Positions 21,226 to 31,009 of a stretch of DNA of 64,000 nt are shown here, in pieces. How positions within the stretch are numbered: position 1 is the stretch's first letter; each line of letters opens with the position of its first letter. The stretch is from an uncultured Candidatus Actinomarina sp. GTDB taxonomy: Bacteria > Actinomycetota > Acidimicrobiia > Actinomarinales > Actinomarinaceae. The notes under the pieces are model-generated. The model made no database searches and was not told where the DNA came from. It saw only the letters and a program-made list of their open reading frames with translations. The DNA lies in NCBI GenBank assembly GCA_902634185.1, contig CACPJC010000002.1, positions 32,001-96,000 on the forward strand. Reading direction: 5' to 3'. A program made the position numbers and the translations under genes.

Positions 21226-21311
21226 ATATTGAATATATTACTTTATTGGCTATTACAAGTGTCTGTCGAGAAGTTTTGTGACAAAAGTCTTTAATTTGTT
21301 TAAAAACCTTG

Positions 21312-21384
21312 TGGCCAGAGGCAGAATCGAACTGCCGACCCCTTGTTTTTCAGACAAGTGCTCTACCGACTGAGCTATCTGGCC
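21312..21384 (-). tRNA. tRNA-Phe(GAA)
   Basis: Cloverleaf GGCCAGA.../CTTGT-CTGAAAA-ACAAG/GTTCGATTC; CCA not fully encoded. Confidence 0.97.
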
Positions 21385-21389
21385 TAAAG

Positions 21390-21464
21390 CGGGGACGACG
21401 GGATTCGAACCCGCGACCTCCTGCGTGACAGGCAGGCGTAAACTCCAGACTTTACCACGCCCCC
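21390..21464 (-). tRNA. tRNA-Asp(GTC)
   Basis: GGGGGCG acceptor, CCTGC-CTGTCAC-GCAGG anticodon arm, GGTTCGAATCC. Confidence 0.96.
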
Positions 21465-21533
21465 ATTAGGTATAAAAGATTATAATCCCAAAAAAACTCA
21501 AACCAATATATTTCATTACAATAATATAAGGAA

Positions 21534-22997
21534 ATGAAGTTAAGTAGTTTATTAAAATACTCGTCTAGATTTTTAGTTCTTCAGGTTGTTCTCACTTATA
21601 TAACAATTTTCTTTTTTAACAGTTTTTTAATTCCTACAAAATTTTGCGAATTGTGTATTGGTAATAGTTTCAGATTACAAATAAATAGTAATCTATGGGA
21701 AGATCGAAATAGATTTTTTACGTTCTTACCTGAAAGATTTACAGAAATTGAGTATTTTTTAGGTTTTTTTATTTTCATTTTTTTAATTATTCTCTATTCG
21801 ACTAAGTTTTACACTTATGTAAACGAATTAAGTTATTCACTTGATAGAAACTATCTAGACGAGTATATTTCAATATATTTATTGTGGACAAGCACATTCT
21901 TTATTTTCATAACAATCTTTAGAATTTCAAGTTTAATCTCTAGAGGATATCTTTTAGTATTTACATTTTTGATTCCAATAATTTTATTATTATTCAGAAA
22001 CAGCGAATATCTATCTTCTTTACTAGGAAGATCGGTAACTAATGAAAATTTCATAACTTTTAATTTAGAGGAAGACTCTATGTTTAGAAATTTGAGGATA
22101 ATGACATTTAGGAAAAATATAGGAAATTTCAATGTTGATAATACAAACGATACAAATTCAATTATCGAAAGAATTGATAGATTAAATAAAGAAATAAATG
22201 TTAACTTGATAGTTCTTAATATAAATTTTTCAAATAAGATCGATGAGAATTTAGAAAACTACTTAATAAAACTTAATAAAAAAGTTCTTATTATTTCAAA
22301 GGAAGAACTAAGTTTTAAAAACTACTTTATAAATCGAAAAGAAATCTTGTCAGATTATTATTTGACCTACTTTAATAATGATATCCAGTACGGATCGAAG
22401 TATATACTTAAGAGATTTCTTGATATAATTCTTGCTGTTATTGGTATAATTTTGTTTTCACCTCTGTATCTAGTAATAATGATTTATATTTATTTTCTTG
22501 ATGGTTCAGAAACCATAATTAAGCAGGACCGGGTTGGACTTCATGGTAGACAGTTTAAAATGTACAAATTCAGAACTATGAAGAAAGGTTCTCACAAATT
22601 GAGAGAAGAGTTGGAAGAATTAAATCAAAACGACAAAGCTATTTTTAAAATTGAAAATGATCCAAGAATAATTAATGGCACACAGTTTTTAAGAAATTAT
22701 AGTTTAGATGAATTACCACAGTTCTTTAATGTATTAAAAGGTGAAATGTCAATAGTTGGACCTAGGCCTCTATTTAATGAAGATACTAAATTATTTGATC
22801 GTAACTACATGAGAAGATTAAATGTAATGCCTGGTATTACGGGCCTACTGCAAATAAATGAGAGAAATACTTCAGATTTTGAAAGGTGGTACAAATATGA
22901 TATTGAATACATTGAAAATTGGTCATTGTTTCTTGATTTTAAAATAATTTTGAAAACCCCTTTCTCATTATTTAATAGCAGGTCAAAAGGAGTCTAG
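21534..22997 (+). CDS. Priming polyprenyl-phosphate sugar-1-P transferase (WbaP/WcaJ family)
   Basis: KRFLDI, FKMYKFRTM, DPRI, SLDELPQFFNVLKGEMSIVGPRP, PGITG. Confidence 0.93.
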   Translation: MKLSSLLKYSSRFLVLQVVLTYITIFFFNSFLIPTKFCELCIGNSFRLQINSNLWEDRNRFFTFLPERFTEIEYFLGFFIFIFLIILYSTKFYTYVNELSYSLDRNYLDEYISIYLLWTSTFFIFITIFRISSLISRGYLLVFTFLIPIILLLFRNSEYLSSLLGRSVTNENFITFNLEEDSMFRNLRIMTFRKNIGNFNVDNTNDTNSIIERIDRLNKEINVNLIVLNINFSNKIDENLENYLIKLNKKVLIISKEELSFKNYFINRKEILSDYYLTYFNNDIQYGSKYILKRFLDIILAVIGIILFSPLYLVIMIYIYFLDGSETIIKQDRVGLHGRQFKMYKFRTMKKGSHKLREELEELNQNDKAIFKIENDPRIINGTQFLRNYSLDELPQFFNVLKGEMSIVGPRPLFNEDTKLFDRNYMRRLNVMPGITGLLQINERNTSDFERWYKYDIEYIENWSLFLDFKIILKTPFSLFNSRSKGV

Positions 22998-23070
22998 TGG
23001 GTCGGGTGGGAATCGAACCCACGACCTTGAGCTTAAAAGGCTCCTGCTCTGCCGATTGAGCTACCGACCC
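22998..23070 (-). tRNA. tRNA-Lys(TTT)
   Basis: GGGTCGG acceptor, GAGC-CTTTTAA-GCTC, GGTTCGATTCC. Confidence 0.96.
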
Positions 23071-23109
23071 TGAATTATAATAATAATCTAAAAACGAAGT
23101 AAGTTAGTA

Positions 23110-23310
23110 TTATTCTTCTTCTGAAAATTCATAATTTTTTAAATCGTTTAATTGTTTAAAAGTTTTCTCAAGTACATTTGATATTTCTTGTAGTTCAGTA
23201 GCTTCATCAAATTTTTCACCTATTTCTTTTAAGTATCTTTTAAGTAAGTCTTCAGATTCAGATATGTTATCAAGTAATTTTTTGAGTAGCTCATCATTTT
23301 CACTTTTCAT
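23110..23310 (-). CDS. Small acidic helical hypothetical protein
   Basis: 66 aa ORF filling the gap, coiled-coil-like composition. Confidence 0.6.
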   Translation of the reverse strand: MKSENDELLKKLLDNISESEDLLKRYLKEIGEKFDEATELQEISNVLEKTFKQLNDLKNYEFSEEE

Positions 23311-23323
23311 AATTCACCTTAAA

Positions 23324-24184
23324 CTAAATTCGTGATTTATCTTCGAATTTTAAATTTGGTTTTTTATTTAATCTTTGCCTAGCCCACCTGGCAGGAGGAA
23401 TAAGCCTAAAAAAAGGTGGCAAAAAGGGTCTTGTAAATTTTAGTAAGTTTAAGTTAAATGAAAGAACAAGTGACTTAAATATATTTGAATTAACACCATA
23501 AATCTTTTTGAATTCTGGAGGTAAAGTGTTGAAAGCAGTGAAAGAAATAAAGGGCCAAATAGGTTTAATGTGTTTAGGTACTGGTCCTCCTGAAATAATT
23601 TCTTGAACGTCTATGGCAACATCAGTTAATTTAAGATAGTTTTCAGTTCTGCTTTTTTTGGTTACCCATGTCTTTAAATCTTTGTGAGTTTGAGGCATTT
23701 TATCAATATCAACTAATACAAGTTTTGCAGCAAGCATATTTTCTTTGTGATATAAATTTTTTTCTTCATCGGTCAATTTTTTAACTGTTTTTTCGTAAAA
23801 ATATATCGAAGACAATTGCAAACATGCATGAACCCACAAAAGTTGTTCATGATCTAGTGCATCGTAATATCCACCTGTAATAGGGTCTTCACCTTTAATT
23901 ACTTCGTGTAATCTATTTATTCTTGTAGCACTATCATCAGCCTCATCTTTTGTGCCAAATGTTACGGAGTTCTGTAATGATAATGTTCTTATAAGTCTTT
24001 TCCATGGGTCTCTCTGGTAAAAAGAAGTTTGACGTGCTCCTGCAGCAATTAATGGATGAGCAGCATGCATTAATAAAGCTCTCGCTCCTCCAAAGAGTAC
24101 GGTAATTTCCTTATTTATTTTCCACATCATGGAATTTGGACCAAAATAGCCTGGATCACCTTTCATATTAATAAATTTTATCAA
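23324..24184 (-). CDS. MpaB/DUF2236 (rubber oxygenase-like) heme oxygenase family protein
   Basis: GYFGPNSMMWKI, ALLMHAAHP, DPWKRL.RT, INRLH, LLWVHA. Confidence 0.85.
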   Translation of the reverse strand: MIKFINMKGDPGYFGPNSMMWKINKEITVLFGGARALLMHAAHPLIAAGARQTSFYQRDPWKRLIRTLSLQNSVTFGTKDEADDSATRINRLHEVIKGEDPITGGYYDALDHEQLLWVHACLQLSSIYFYEKTVKKLTDEEKNLYHKENMLAAKLVLVDIDKMPQTHKDLKTWVTKKSRTENYLKLTDVAIDVQEIISGGPVPKHIKPIWPFISFTAFNTLPPEFKKIYGVNSNIFKSLVLSFNLNLLKFTRPFLPPFFRLIPPARWARQRLNKKPNLKFEDKSRI

Positions 24185-24272
24185 TATAAAAAAAGAATGA
24201 TTACATGAATAATGAAATTAATTATTACTCATCAATGAATACATTGATAATATAATTTAATTTAATAAGAAA

Positions 24273-24581
24273 ATGGAAATTGATTTAAATTTAATTGAAG
24301 AAAGCTGTGGTAAACAGCCTGAAAATCAAGAATTCTTTATTGTTGGAAATGATCCTAATTTTGTCTTTGAAAATGATCCTAATTTTGAAACTCTAAGATT
24401 GTTTGATATTGATGGAAATATAATTAACGTAAATTCATGGTTTGAGTGTGCAAATTACGTGAATGGTGGATGGACCTTAAATTATAGTAGCTTTAGTGGT
24501 GATGTATTTTTCTTTGGTGCTACGTGTGGATTGCTGCTTCTGTATTTTTCTATAAAAATATTTGTAAGTAAAAAAACATGA
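24273..24581 (+). CDS. Hypothetical protein with C-terminal TM helix
   Basis: 102 aa; ATGA-coupled to the next gene. Confidence 0.65.
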   Translation: MEIDLNLIEESCGKQPENQEFFIVGNDPNFVFENDPNFETLRLFDIDGNIINVNSWFECANYVNGGWTLNYSSFSGDVFFFGATCGLLLLYFSIKIFVSKKT

Positions 24582-26599
24582 GAACAAAAACAATATCTGG
24601 TTTTATTTTTTTTCTTATAATTTTATTGCCATTTACAATTTCTGATAGAAGTGATGATATTGCCCCTAAAACTTTAGACGAATCTACTGTAGGTTTTTAT
24701 CAATCTACTACATGCAGTATTTCATTATTTGAATTTGTTATCAAAAATTTAAATAATGAAATATCAATTTATTACAACAATAATGATTACGTTGATATCA
24801 ATTGCTATGGAAAGATTACAGGTGTTGACTTAAACGGTGAAACTTTTTTTGTTTCAATTGGAACAAACACAGCGATAAACCTAATATTACAGTCAAGTAT
24901 TTGGTTGCTACTATTTTATTTGATTCCAAAACACAAAAACAGCAATACATTAAATTTCTTATCTTCCCTCCTCATACCTTTGATTTTTATATTTCAATTA
25001 ATTTCAGAGGAAAGGTTCTATAGTAGAACGAACGTGTTGTATGATTCTAAATTAGAAATCAATAACTATTACATTTTTGGAAATCTAATTATATTCTTAC
25101 TTATTGGATTAATTTGTTACGATCTTTTGTCTTGGAGATATAAAAACTTAATAAATTATTTGCCATTTACATTTATTTTTGTAGGTACATATTCAGGTAT
25201 GAACTTGAATATATTTTTGATCATTCTTTCATTCTTTGGGGTAAATAGTTTACTCTCAAAAAAGCTAAACAAATATGACTTTATATATTTTTTATTTTCA
25301 ATATTTTGGATGTTAAATATAGAATCAAATGATTATTTCTTTGATGGAGATAAATTAAGAGGATTTATTAATTCAAACTATACAATTTATTCACAATTTT
25401 TTTGGTTAGTAATTTTCTACCTATTTGTTAAAGGATTAAATTTTCTTATTGATGAGGGTAAGCAATATTTTAATAATAAATTATTTCTTAATAATCTATT
25501 GATATCTGGATCATTGGTTCTCTTTTTTGGAGTTTTAGGTTCTAACAGTTCAGTTATAAATTTTTTAAATTTCTTTGTTTTTGGTCAAAATAAAAGAGGT
25601 ATGAAGACCTTTGAAAGTGTAGATGGAAATACTTGGAGAGGCTTTTCGGCAAGTGCGGAATCTGTAGGTGAATTTTATGGATTTATTATTTTGTTCTTTT
25701 TTATATTTTCGTTTATTAAAAAAGAAACTTATGATTCAAAAATGATTGTTCTTTTGATTCCAATTATTTATGGACTTTACAAATCAAATAATTTTGCTTC
25801 GTTTTCATCTTTGACAATTTTTATCATTTTAATTGTTTCGTATCAATTTTTAGCTAAAAGAAACCTTCATAATCACTTTTTTAAAATACTCATATTTTTT
25901 ATAATTTCACTAACAAGTGTATATCTAATTAATTCAGATTATAAATATCTAAGTACAGAACTACTATTTGAGTCAACTTTACATCAGGGTTTTTACGAAA
26001 ATCCTGGTACTTACGAAAATTATCAAGTTATTGAAAAGAAAATGTATGAGAGAGATTTGAAAACAATATTGTTAAATGAAAAAAACTTTAATGAAGCTTC
26101 CAATAGTTATAAGTTTCTTGTAAGTAGATTTACAAGCAACTTTAATCTCCCAATGGTCCCAAATTTAGTTGCTTTTATCTCAGTGATATCGCTATTAATA
26201 AATAGAACAGAAATGTGGGGGATATTTATTGCCAAATACGATCCAAATTTAATAGAGACAATTTTTGGAAATGGACCTTTTCAGCTTAATGAATATCTTT
26301 ATGGAGAGAAGGTTTTTCTGGATGTTCCATATTATAAATTAGAATCTTTATTCTTACCCCATTCCTCTTTATTAGATGTACTTATTTTTTTTGGATCTGG
26401 AGGACTGTTTATCCTTGTTTCTTATATTCTTTTTGCTTTATATAGATCAAGCAAAGTAAATATATTCTTTTTCCCATCGATTTTTTTGATCATAAATTTA
26501 TTAAAAAGTGACTCAATTCTTTACTTAAATTCATTTCTATTAATTGCATTTTGCATAAACACGCTATCAAGAAATTTGGAGCAAAGTAATGAAAACTAA
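24578..26599 (+). CDS. Polytopic membrane protein, O-antigen ligase/polymerase (WaaL/Wzy_C)-like
   Basis: Many TMs, R..MW, IFGNGP, LPHSSLLDVL..FG motif. Confidence 0.55.
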   Translation: MRTKTISGFIFFLIILLPFTISDRSDDIAPKTLDESTVGFYQSTTCSISLFEFVIKNLNNEISIYYNNNDYVDINCYGKITGVDLNGETFFVSIGTNTAINLILQSSIWLLLFYLIPKHKNSNTLNFLSSLLIPLIFIFQLISEERFYSRTNVLYDSKLEINNYYIFGNLIIFLLIGLICYDLLSWRYKNLINYLPFTFIFVGTYSGMNLNIFLIILSFFGVNSLLSKKLNKYDFIYFLFSIFWMLNIESNDYFFDGDKLRGFINSNYTIYSQFFWLVIFYLFVKGLNFLIDEGKQYFNNKLFLNNLLISGSLVLFFGVLGSNSSVINFLNFFVFGQNKRGMKTFESVDGNTWRGFSASAESVGEFYGFIILFFFIFSFIKKETYDSKMIVLLIPIIYGLYKSNNFASFSSLTIFIILIVSYQFLAKRNLHNHFFKILIFFIISLTSVYLINSDYKYLSTELLFESTLHQGFYENPGTYENYQVIEKKMYERDLKTILLNEKNFNEASNSYKFLVSRFTSNFNLPMVPNLVAFISVISLLINRTEMWGIFIAKYDPNLIETIFGNGPFQLNEYLYGEKVFLDVPYYKLESLFLPHSSLLDVLIFFGSGGLFILVSYILFALYRSSKVNIFFFPSIFLIINLLKSDSILYLNSFLLIAFCINTLSRNLEQSNEN

Positions 26600-27704
26600 C
26601 TTAAAGTATGTAACTTATCAAAGTTTTCCTTCTGAAAAAGCAAATACAATTCAGACTATTGATAATGTGAACTATTTAACAAAATATTTTCAAGTTGAAC
26701 TCATTTTTCCGTTAAGAGAAAAAAATAGCTCTGATGATATGAATATATTAAAAAATTACTATCAAATAGACAAAAATGTGAAAGTTCGTGGAGTATTACA
26801 TAATTATCCGTTTGGGAAAATTAAAATATTTCAGAACCTTTTATTTATTATCAGTCAGTTACTGTGGTCAAAAAAAATAGTAAAAAAAATAGGAAGTAGT
26901 AATAAAGACTATTTTTTTACTAGATCTGACTGGGTTTTTTATTTCCTTGCTAGAAAAAACAAAAGAGTGGTTTTTGAATGTCATCAATTATCAAAAACAA
27001 GAAAGTTCGTAATGAAAAAATCTATTGAGTATGATCATTCAAAAATAATTTTTCTAAATAACTTATTGAAAGCTGATTCTGGGATCGATAATAAAAAGTT
27101 TGAAGATAAATTAATAGTTTTACATAATGGTGTCGATTCTAATTTATTTAAGTCGAATACTGCTAAAGATAAAAAAAGAGTAATTTTTATTGGAAACCTA
27201 AAAAGATTTGGAGAGAATAGAAATCTTGACTTCTATATCTCTACATTCAAAAATAAAAATATGCCAATCGATTTTAAATTCACAATAATTGGGACACCAA
27301 GAGCTGAAGTTGATAGATTAAATAAATATATAAAAAAAACTGGGTTGCAGAAAAATGTTGAAGTAAAACACTGGGTCAAACGTCAAGAAGCAATTGAAGC
27401 ATTGAATAAATCAAGTATTGGGTTGTTACTAAATACAAAAAATAATGAACATTCAGTAAAATATACTTCTCCTTTAAAATATTTTGAATACATTTATGGA
27501 AAACTAAAAGTAGTAGCAACTAACTATCCAGCACATAATGACTTACCTTTTTCAAATAAGATATGTTTTTTTGAAAATGAAAATGTGGAAAGTTTTATAT
27601 CATCTTTGAAAAAAGCTGATCAAGAAGATCCCTTAAATCCTGAAGAATTGGAATCAGTAACTTTAAGAAAAAGAGCTGAGGAAATATTTAAATTTATTCT
27701 TTAG
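26589..27704 (+). CDS. GT4 glycosyltransferase
   Basis: FPSEKANTIQ, HNGVD, YTSPLKYFEY. Confidence 0.85.
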   Translation: MKTNLKYVTYQSFPSEKANTIQTIDNVNYLTKYFQVELIFPLREKNSSDDMNILKNYYQIDKNVKVRGVLHNYPFGKIKIFQNLLFIISQLLWSKKIVKKIGSSNKDYFFTRSDWVFYFLARKNKRVVFECHQLSKTRKFVMKKSIEYDHSKIIFLNNLLKADSGIDNKKFEDKLIVLHNGVDSNLFKSNTAKDKKRVIFIGNLKRFGENRNLDFYISTFKNKNMPIDFKFTIIGTPRAEVDRLNKYIKKTGLQKNVEVKHWVKRQEAIEALNKSSIGLLLNTKNNEHSVKYTSPLKYFEYIYGKLKVVATNYPAHNDLPFSNKICFFENENVESFISSLKKADQEDPLNPEELESVTLRKRAEEIFKFIL

Positions 27705-27778
27705 CACGCCTGGAGGGATTCGAACCCCCAACCCTCTGATCCGAAGTCAGATGCTCTATCCAGTTAAGCTACAGGCGC
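27705..27778 (-). tRNA. tRNA-Arg(TCG)
   Basis: GCGCCTG acceptor, TCTGA-CTTCGGA-TCAGA anticodon arm, GGTTCGAATCC. Confidence 0.95.
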
Positions 27779-27835
27779 AAGGCAAAATAAAAAATATATT
27801 CTTTGCATATTTTTATTTCTATAATAGTTTCAACA

Positions 27836-28570
27836 ATGAATAGTGTATTAGTACTAAAGACAGAAATCACTTCAACTACTGTTGAATTTATCTCAAAATA
27901 TTTAAAAAATGAAAATTCGAAAACAGTCGCTATTTGTAATGCCAATACACTAGTAAGATCCTATCGCAATTCTGAAATTCAAGAAAAGATAAATTCATTT
28001 GATATCAAGGCACCTGACGGATTTCCAGTTGCAAAAGCATCTAAGATTTTATATAAAAATAATCAAAAAAGAGTAGACGGTTATAAAGTTTTTCATGAAA
28101 CAATAAAAAATGGAATTGATTCAAACTTATCTCATTATTTTTATGGAAGCAATGAAAAGGTTATTACTTTGATGACTAAAAATTTAAAAAAAGAATATCC
28201 CAAAATAAATATCTCTGGTTACAAATGTCCCCCAATAAAGACCTACAAAGAGCTTTGTGAAAAAGAGTATGTAGAGGACATGATAAAGCAAAATCCTGAC
28301 ATAATTTGGGTGTCTTTAGGATTTCCAAAACAAGAAGAATTTATATTAATGTTAAAAAATAAATACAAGATAAATTCAAATATTGTAGGAATAGGAGCTG
28401 TTTTTGAATGGGTTGCTGAAACAAAAATAAAAGCTCCTGAGTGGGTTGCTAATATTGGTTTTGAGTGGATATTGAGATTAATGCAAGAACCAAAAAGATT
28501 ATTTAGACGTTATTTGATTGATAACTTTTTATTTATAATTTATTTTATAAGACAATATTTAAGTAAATAA
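27836..28570 (+). CDS. WecG/TagA/CpsF (GT26) glycosyltransferase
   Basis: PDGFPV, RVDG, IIWVSLGFPKQE, EW..RL.QEPKRLFRRY. Confidence 0.92.
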   Translation: MNSVLVLKTEITSTTVEFISKYLKNENSKTVAICNANTLVRSYRNSEIQEKINSFDIKAPDGFPVAKASKILYKNNQKRVDGYKVFHETIKNGIDSNLSHYFYGSNEKVITLMTKNLKKEYPKINISGYKCPPIKTYKELCEKEYVEDMIKQNPDIIWVSLGFPKQEEFILMLKNKYKINSNIVGIGAVFEWVAETKIKAPEWVANIGFEWILRLMQEPKRLFRRYLIDNFLFIIYFIRQYLSK

Positions 28571-30214
28571 ATGTATCTACTAAAAAATTTAATAAGAAAT
28601 TTAGAAAATGATTTAAGCGATAAAGGTGTATCAGAGTCCATTGTTTTACGAACATCAAACGTACCAAACTTTGATTTTCAAATTAATAATTTAGTTAAAC
28701 TCGAAAAAAGTAGTGAGATAGAAGATATTGAAAAATCATTTTCAAAAATACTTCATGATGACCCAATAATAAAAAATTTTGAATTTACAAAGAACTATTT
28801 TATAAACCTTGAAATTAATATTCAAATGTATTTAAGTAATCATGAAAATTTAATTGAAAATATTAAAGTTTCTCATCAAAAAAATATAATTCTTGACTAT
28901 GGAGGACCAAATATTGGAAAACCTTTACATGTAGGTCATCTAAGATCATTAAATATTGGAAGAAGCCTTTATAACATTAATAAATTGGCTGGACATAATG
29001 TAGCTAACGATATACATCTGGGCGACTGGGGAATGCCAATCGCTCAAATTATTTGCTTTATCAATGAAAATAATATTAACTTAGAAGATATAAAAATAGA
29101 AGATCTAGAAGAAATTTATCCTAAAGCATCAAAACTATATCAACAAGATGAGGATTTTAAATCTTTGGCTCAAAATATAAATAAAGAATTAAACGAAAAT
29201 AAAGCTGATCTTATAAATAAATGGGAATTTATAAAAGAAGTTTCCATAAAAGCAATAAAAGAAACTTTGTCGTTACTCGATCATAATTTTGATCTTTGGA
29301 TGGGTGAAAGTGATGTCAATAGATTAATTCCAGAAATGATTGTCAACTTAAAAGATAATGAAAAAATATCCTTAGATAATGGAGCTTATATTTCTAATCT
29401 GGATACTGATCCAAAAATTCTTATTACAAAGTCAGATGGATCTTATCTTTATTTAACAACCGATCTTGCAACAGTTCTAAAGAGAAAAAAAGAGAATGAG
29501 GTTGATAAAACCTTATACATTGTCGACAAAAGACAAAAATTACACTTTGAACAACTTTTCGATTCCATAAAGTATTTTGAGTTAGGCAAAGAAGAATATA
29601 CTCATGTAGAATTTGGAACCGTAAATGATTTGAATGGCAATCCATTTAAAACAAGAGATGGGGATACAAAAAAGTTGATGGATTTGTTTGAAGAAACCTT
29701 ATCTAAACTAAAAACTATAAATAAAGATTTAGACGAAGAAACAAATAAAGTGCTTGCAAATACTGTTTTAACTTTTAGCGATCTAATAACCAATAGAAGG
29801 ACTGATTATAAATTTGATCTCGATAAATTTACAAACATTAGTGGTAAAACCGGTATCTATGTTCAGTACGCTTATGTCAGAGCTAGAAAACTTATTCAAG
29901 ATTCAAATATAGATATAAGTACTACAAATTTAGTTTTTTCAGAATTAGACGAAACAGACAATAATTTGTTAAAAAGTTTTCTAAAATTTGAATATTACTT
30001 TATCCAAGCTTTAAATAACAATGAACCTCATCATCTTGCTGACTATTTGTATGAGTTATCAAATCTTTTTAATTCAATGTATCAAAATGAGAGTATTTTA
30101 GAAAATAAAAATGAAACAAAAACGTTTAATAAACTTAAAATCACTCATTACTTTCAAAATTATTCAAAATTACTTATGAAATCATTAGGGATTCAACCAG
30201 TGGAAAAAATGTAG
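28571..30214 (+). CDS. argS: Arginyl-tRNA synthetase
   Basis: PNIGKPLHVGHLRS, HLGDWG, KSDGSYLYLTTD, FKTRDG, YVQYAYVR, C-terminal EKM. Confidence 0.97.
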   Translation: MYLLKNLIRNLENDLSDKGVSESIVLRTSNVPNFDFQINNLVKLEKSSEIEDIEKSFSKILHDDPIIKNFEFTKNYFINLEINIQMYLSNHENLIENIKVSHQKNIILDYGGPNIGKPLHVGHLRSLNIGRSLYNINKLAGHNVANDIHLGDWGMPIAQIICFINENNINLEDIKIEDLEEIYPKASKLYQQDEDFKSLAQNINKELNENKADLINKWEFIKEVSIKAIKETLSLLDHNFDLWMGESDVNRLIPEMIVNLKDNEKISLDNGAYISNLDTDPKILITKSDGSYLYLTTDLATVLKRKKENEVDKTLYIVDKRQKLHFEQLFDSIKYFELGKEEYTHVEFGTVNDLNGNPFKTRDGDTKKLMDLFEETLSKLKTINKDLDEETNKVLANTVLTFSDLITNRRTDYKFDLDKFTNISGKTGIYVQYAYVRARKLIQDSNIDISTTNLVFSELDETDNNLLKSFLKFEYYFIQALNNNEPHHLADYLYELSNLFNSMYQNESILENKNETKTFNKLKITHYFQNYSKLLMKSLGIQPVEKM

Positions 30215-30216
30215 AT

Positions 30217-30759
30217 CTAAAGAAATATTTGGGAAGATATTATCCAGGCAAAATAAATTAGACTGTATGAAAAAGTGTCAGAAAAATCTATGGTTCTTTT
30301 TAAATTATGCTGTAAAAACAAAATTAGGGGAATTGCAATGAATCCAGAAAAAGAAACTGCTTTTCCGATGTCAATGATGTCACTTATTATTAAATTAGAA
30401 GGATTTAAAAAGAATTGAAAGAAAATTAACGTAATAAGTGAAGTCAAAATAACAAAAATAATATTGATTATCAAGTCTTTAAAAGTTAGGTTATAAATTT
30501 TGAATACATTTAAAAATTCTACAGGCACAAACAAAACGAATAAAGCAACACAAAATAAAATTAAAAACCAAAATAAACCTTGAGCATTCCAGGTAATTAC
30601 TGATTTGTCTACTATACCAATTGATTCAAGTAAAAGATATACAGAATAACCCAAGATAGTGGTTCCCAGAGAAAATAAATATAATCCAAAAATACTAAAG
30701 AAATATTTTTTTTGAAAATTTAAACTGTTTAATTCCTGATTTAAATTTTGATAATTCAT
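30217..30759 (-). CDS. Hypothetical membrane protein
   Basis: About 5 TM helices. Confidence 0.7.
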   Translation of the reverse strand: MNYQNLNQELNSLNFQKKYFFSIFGLYLFSLGTTILGYSVYLLLESIGIVDKSVITWNAQGLFWFLILFCVALFVLFVPVEFLNVFKIYNLTFKDLIINIIFVILTSLITLIFFQFFLNPSNLIISDIIDIGKAVSFSGFIAIPLILFLQHNLKRTIDFSDTFSYSLIYFAWIISSQIFL

Positions 30760-30803
30760 ACTGTCATATATTAATGATTTTTATATTAAAATTAACTATA
30801 TAT

Positions 30804-31007
30804 ATGGAATTAATTGATACACCAAATCCAAATGCTAAAAAGATTGAAGTGGATATTCTAGATGATGAAATAATGAACAGTCTTAATAGTATCGAAGGTG
30901 TATCTTCAGTATTTTTAGGTCCCGGCTTTGTAACAATTACAAAATATGAAGATGTTGATTGGGAATTAATAACTCAAGATATTACCAACATCTTTGATAA
31001 ACTGTAA
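30804..31007 (+). CDS. Stand-alone NifU/Nfu N-terminal domain protein
   Basis: TPNPNAKK, IEGVSSVF..FVTITK..DW. Confidence 0.85.
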   Translation: MELIDTPNPNAKKIEVDILDDEIMNSLNSIEGVSSVFLGPGFVTITKYEDVDWELITQDITNIFDKL

Positions 31008-31009
31008 AC

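Larger units (their letters stand above)
20658..21354. mobile_element. Minimal tRNA-Phe-integrated single-gene cassette, no integrase
   Basis: 44-bp tRNA 3'-end direct repeats flank ~610 bp with one ORF and a tandem TGGCACAGTTT repeat. Confidence 0.75.
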
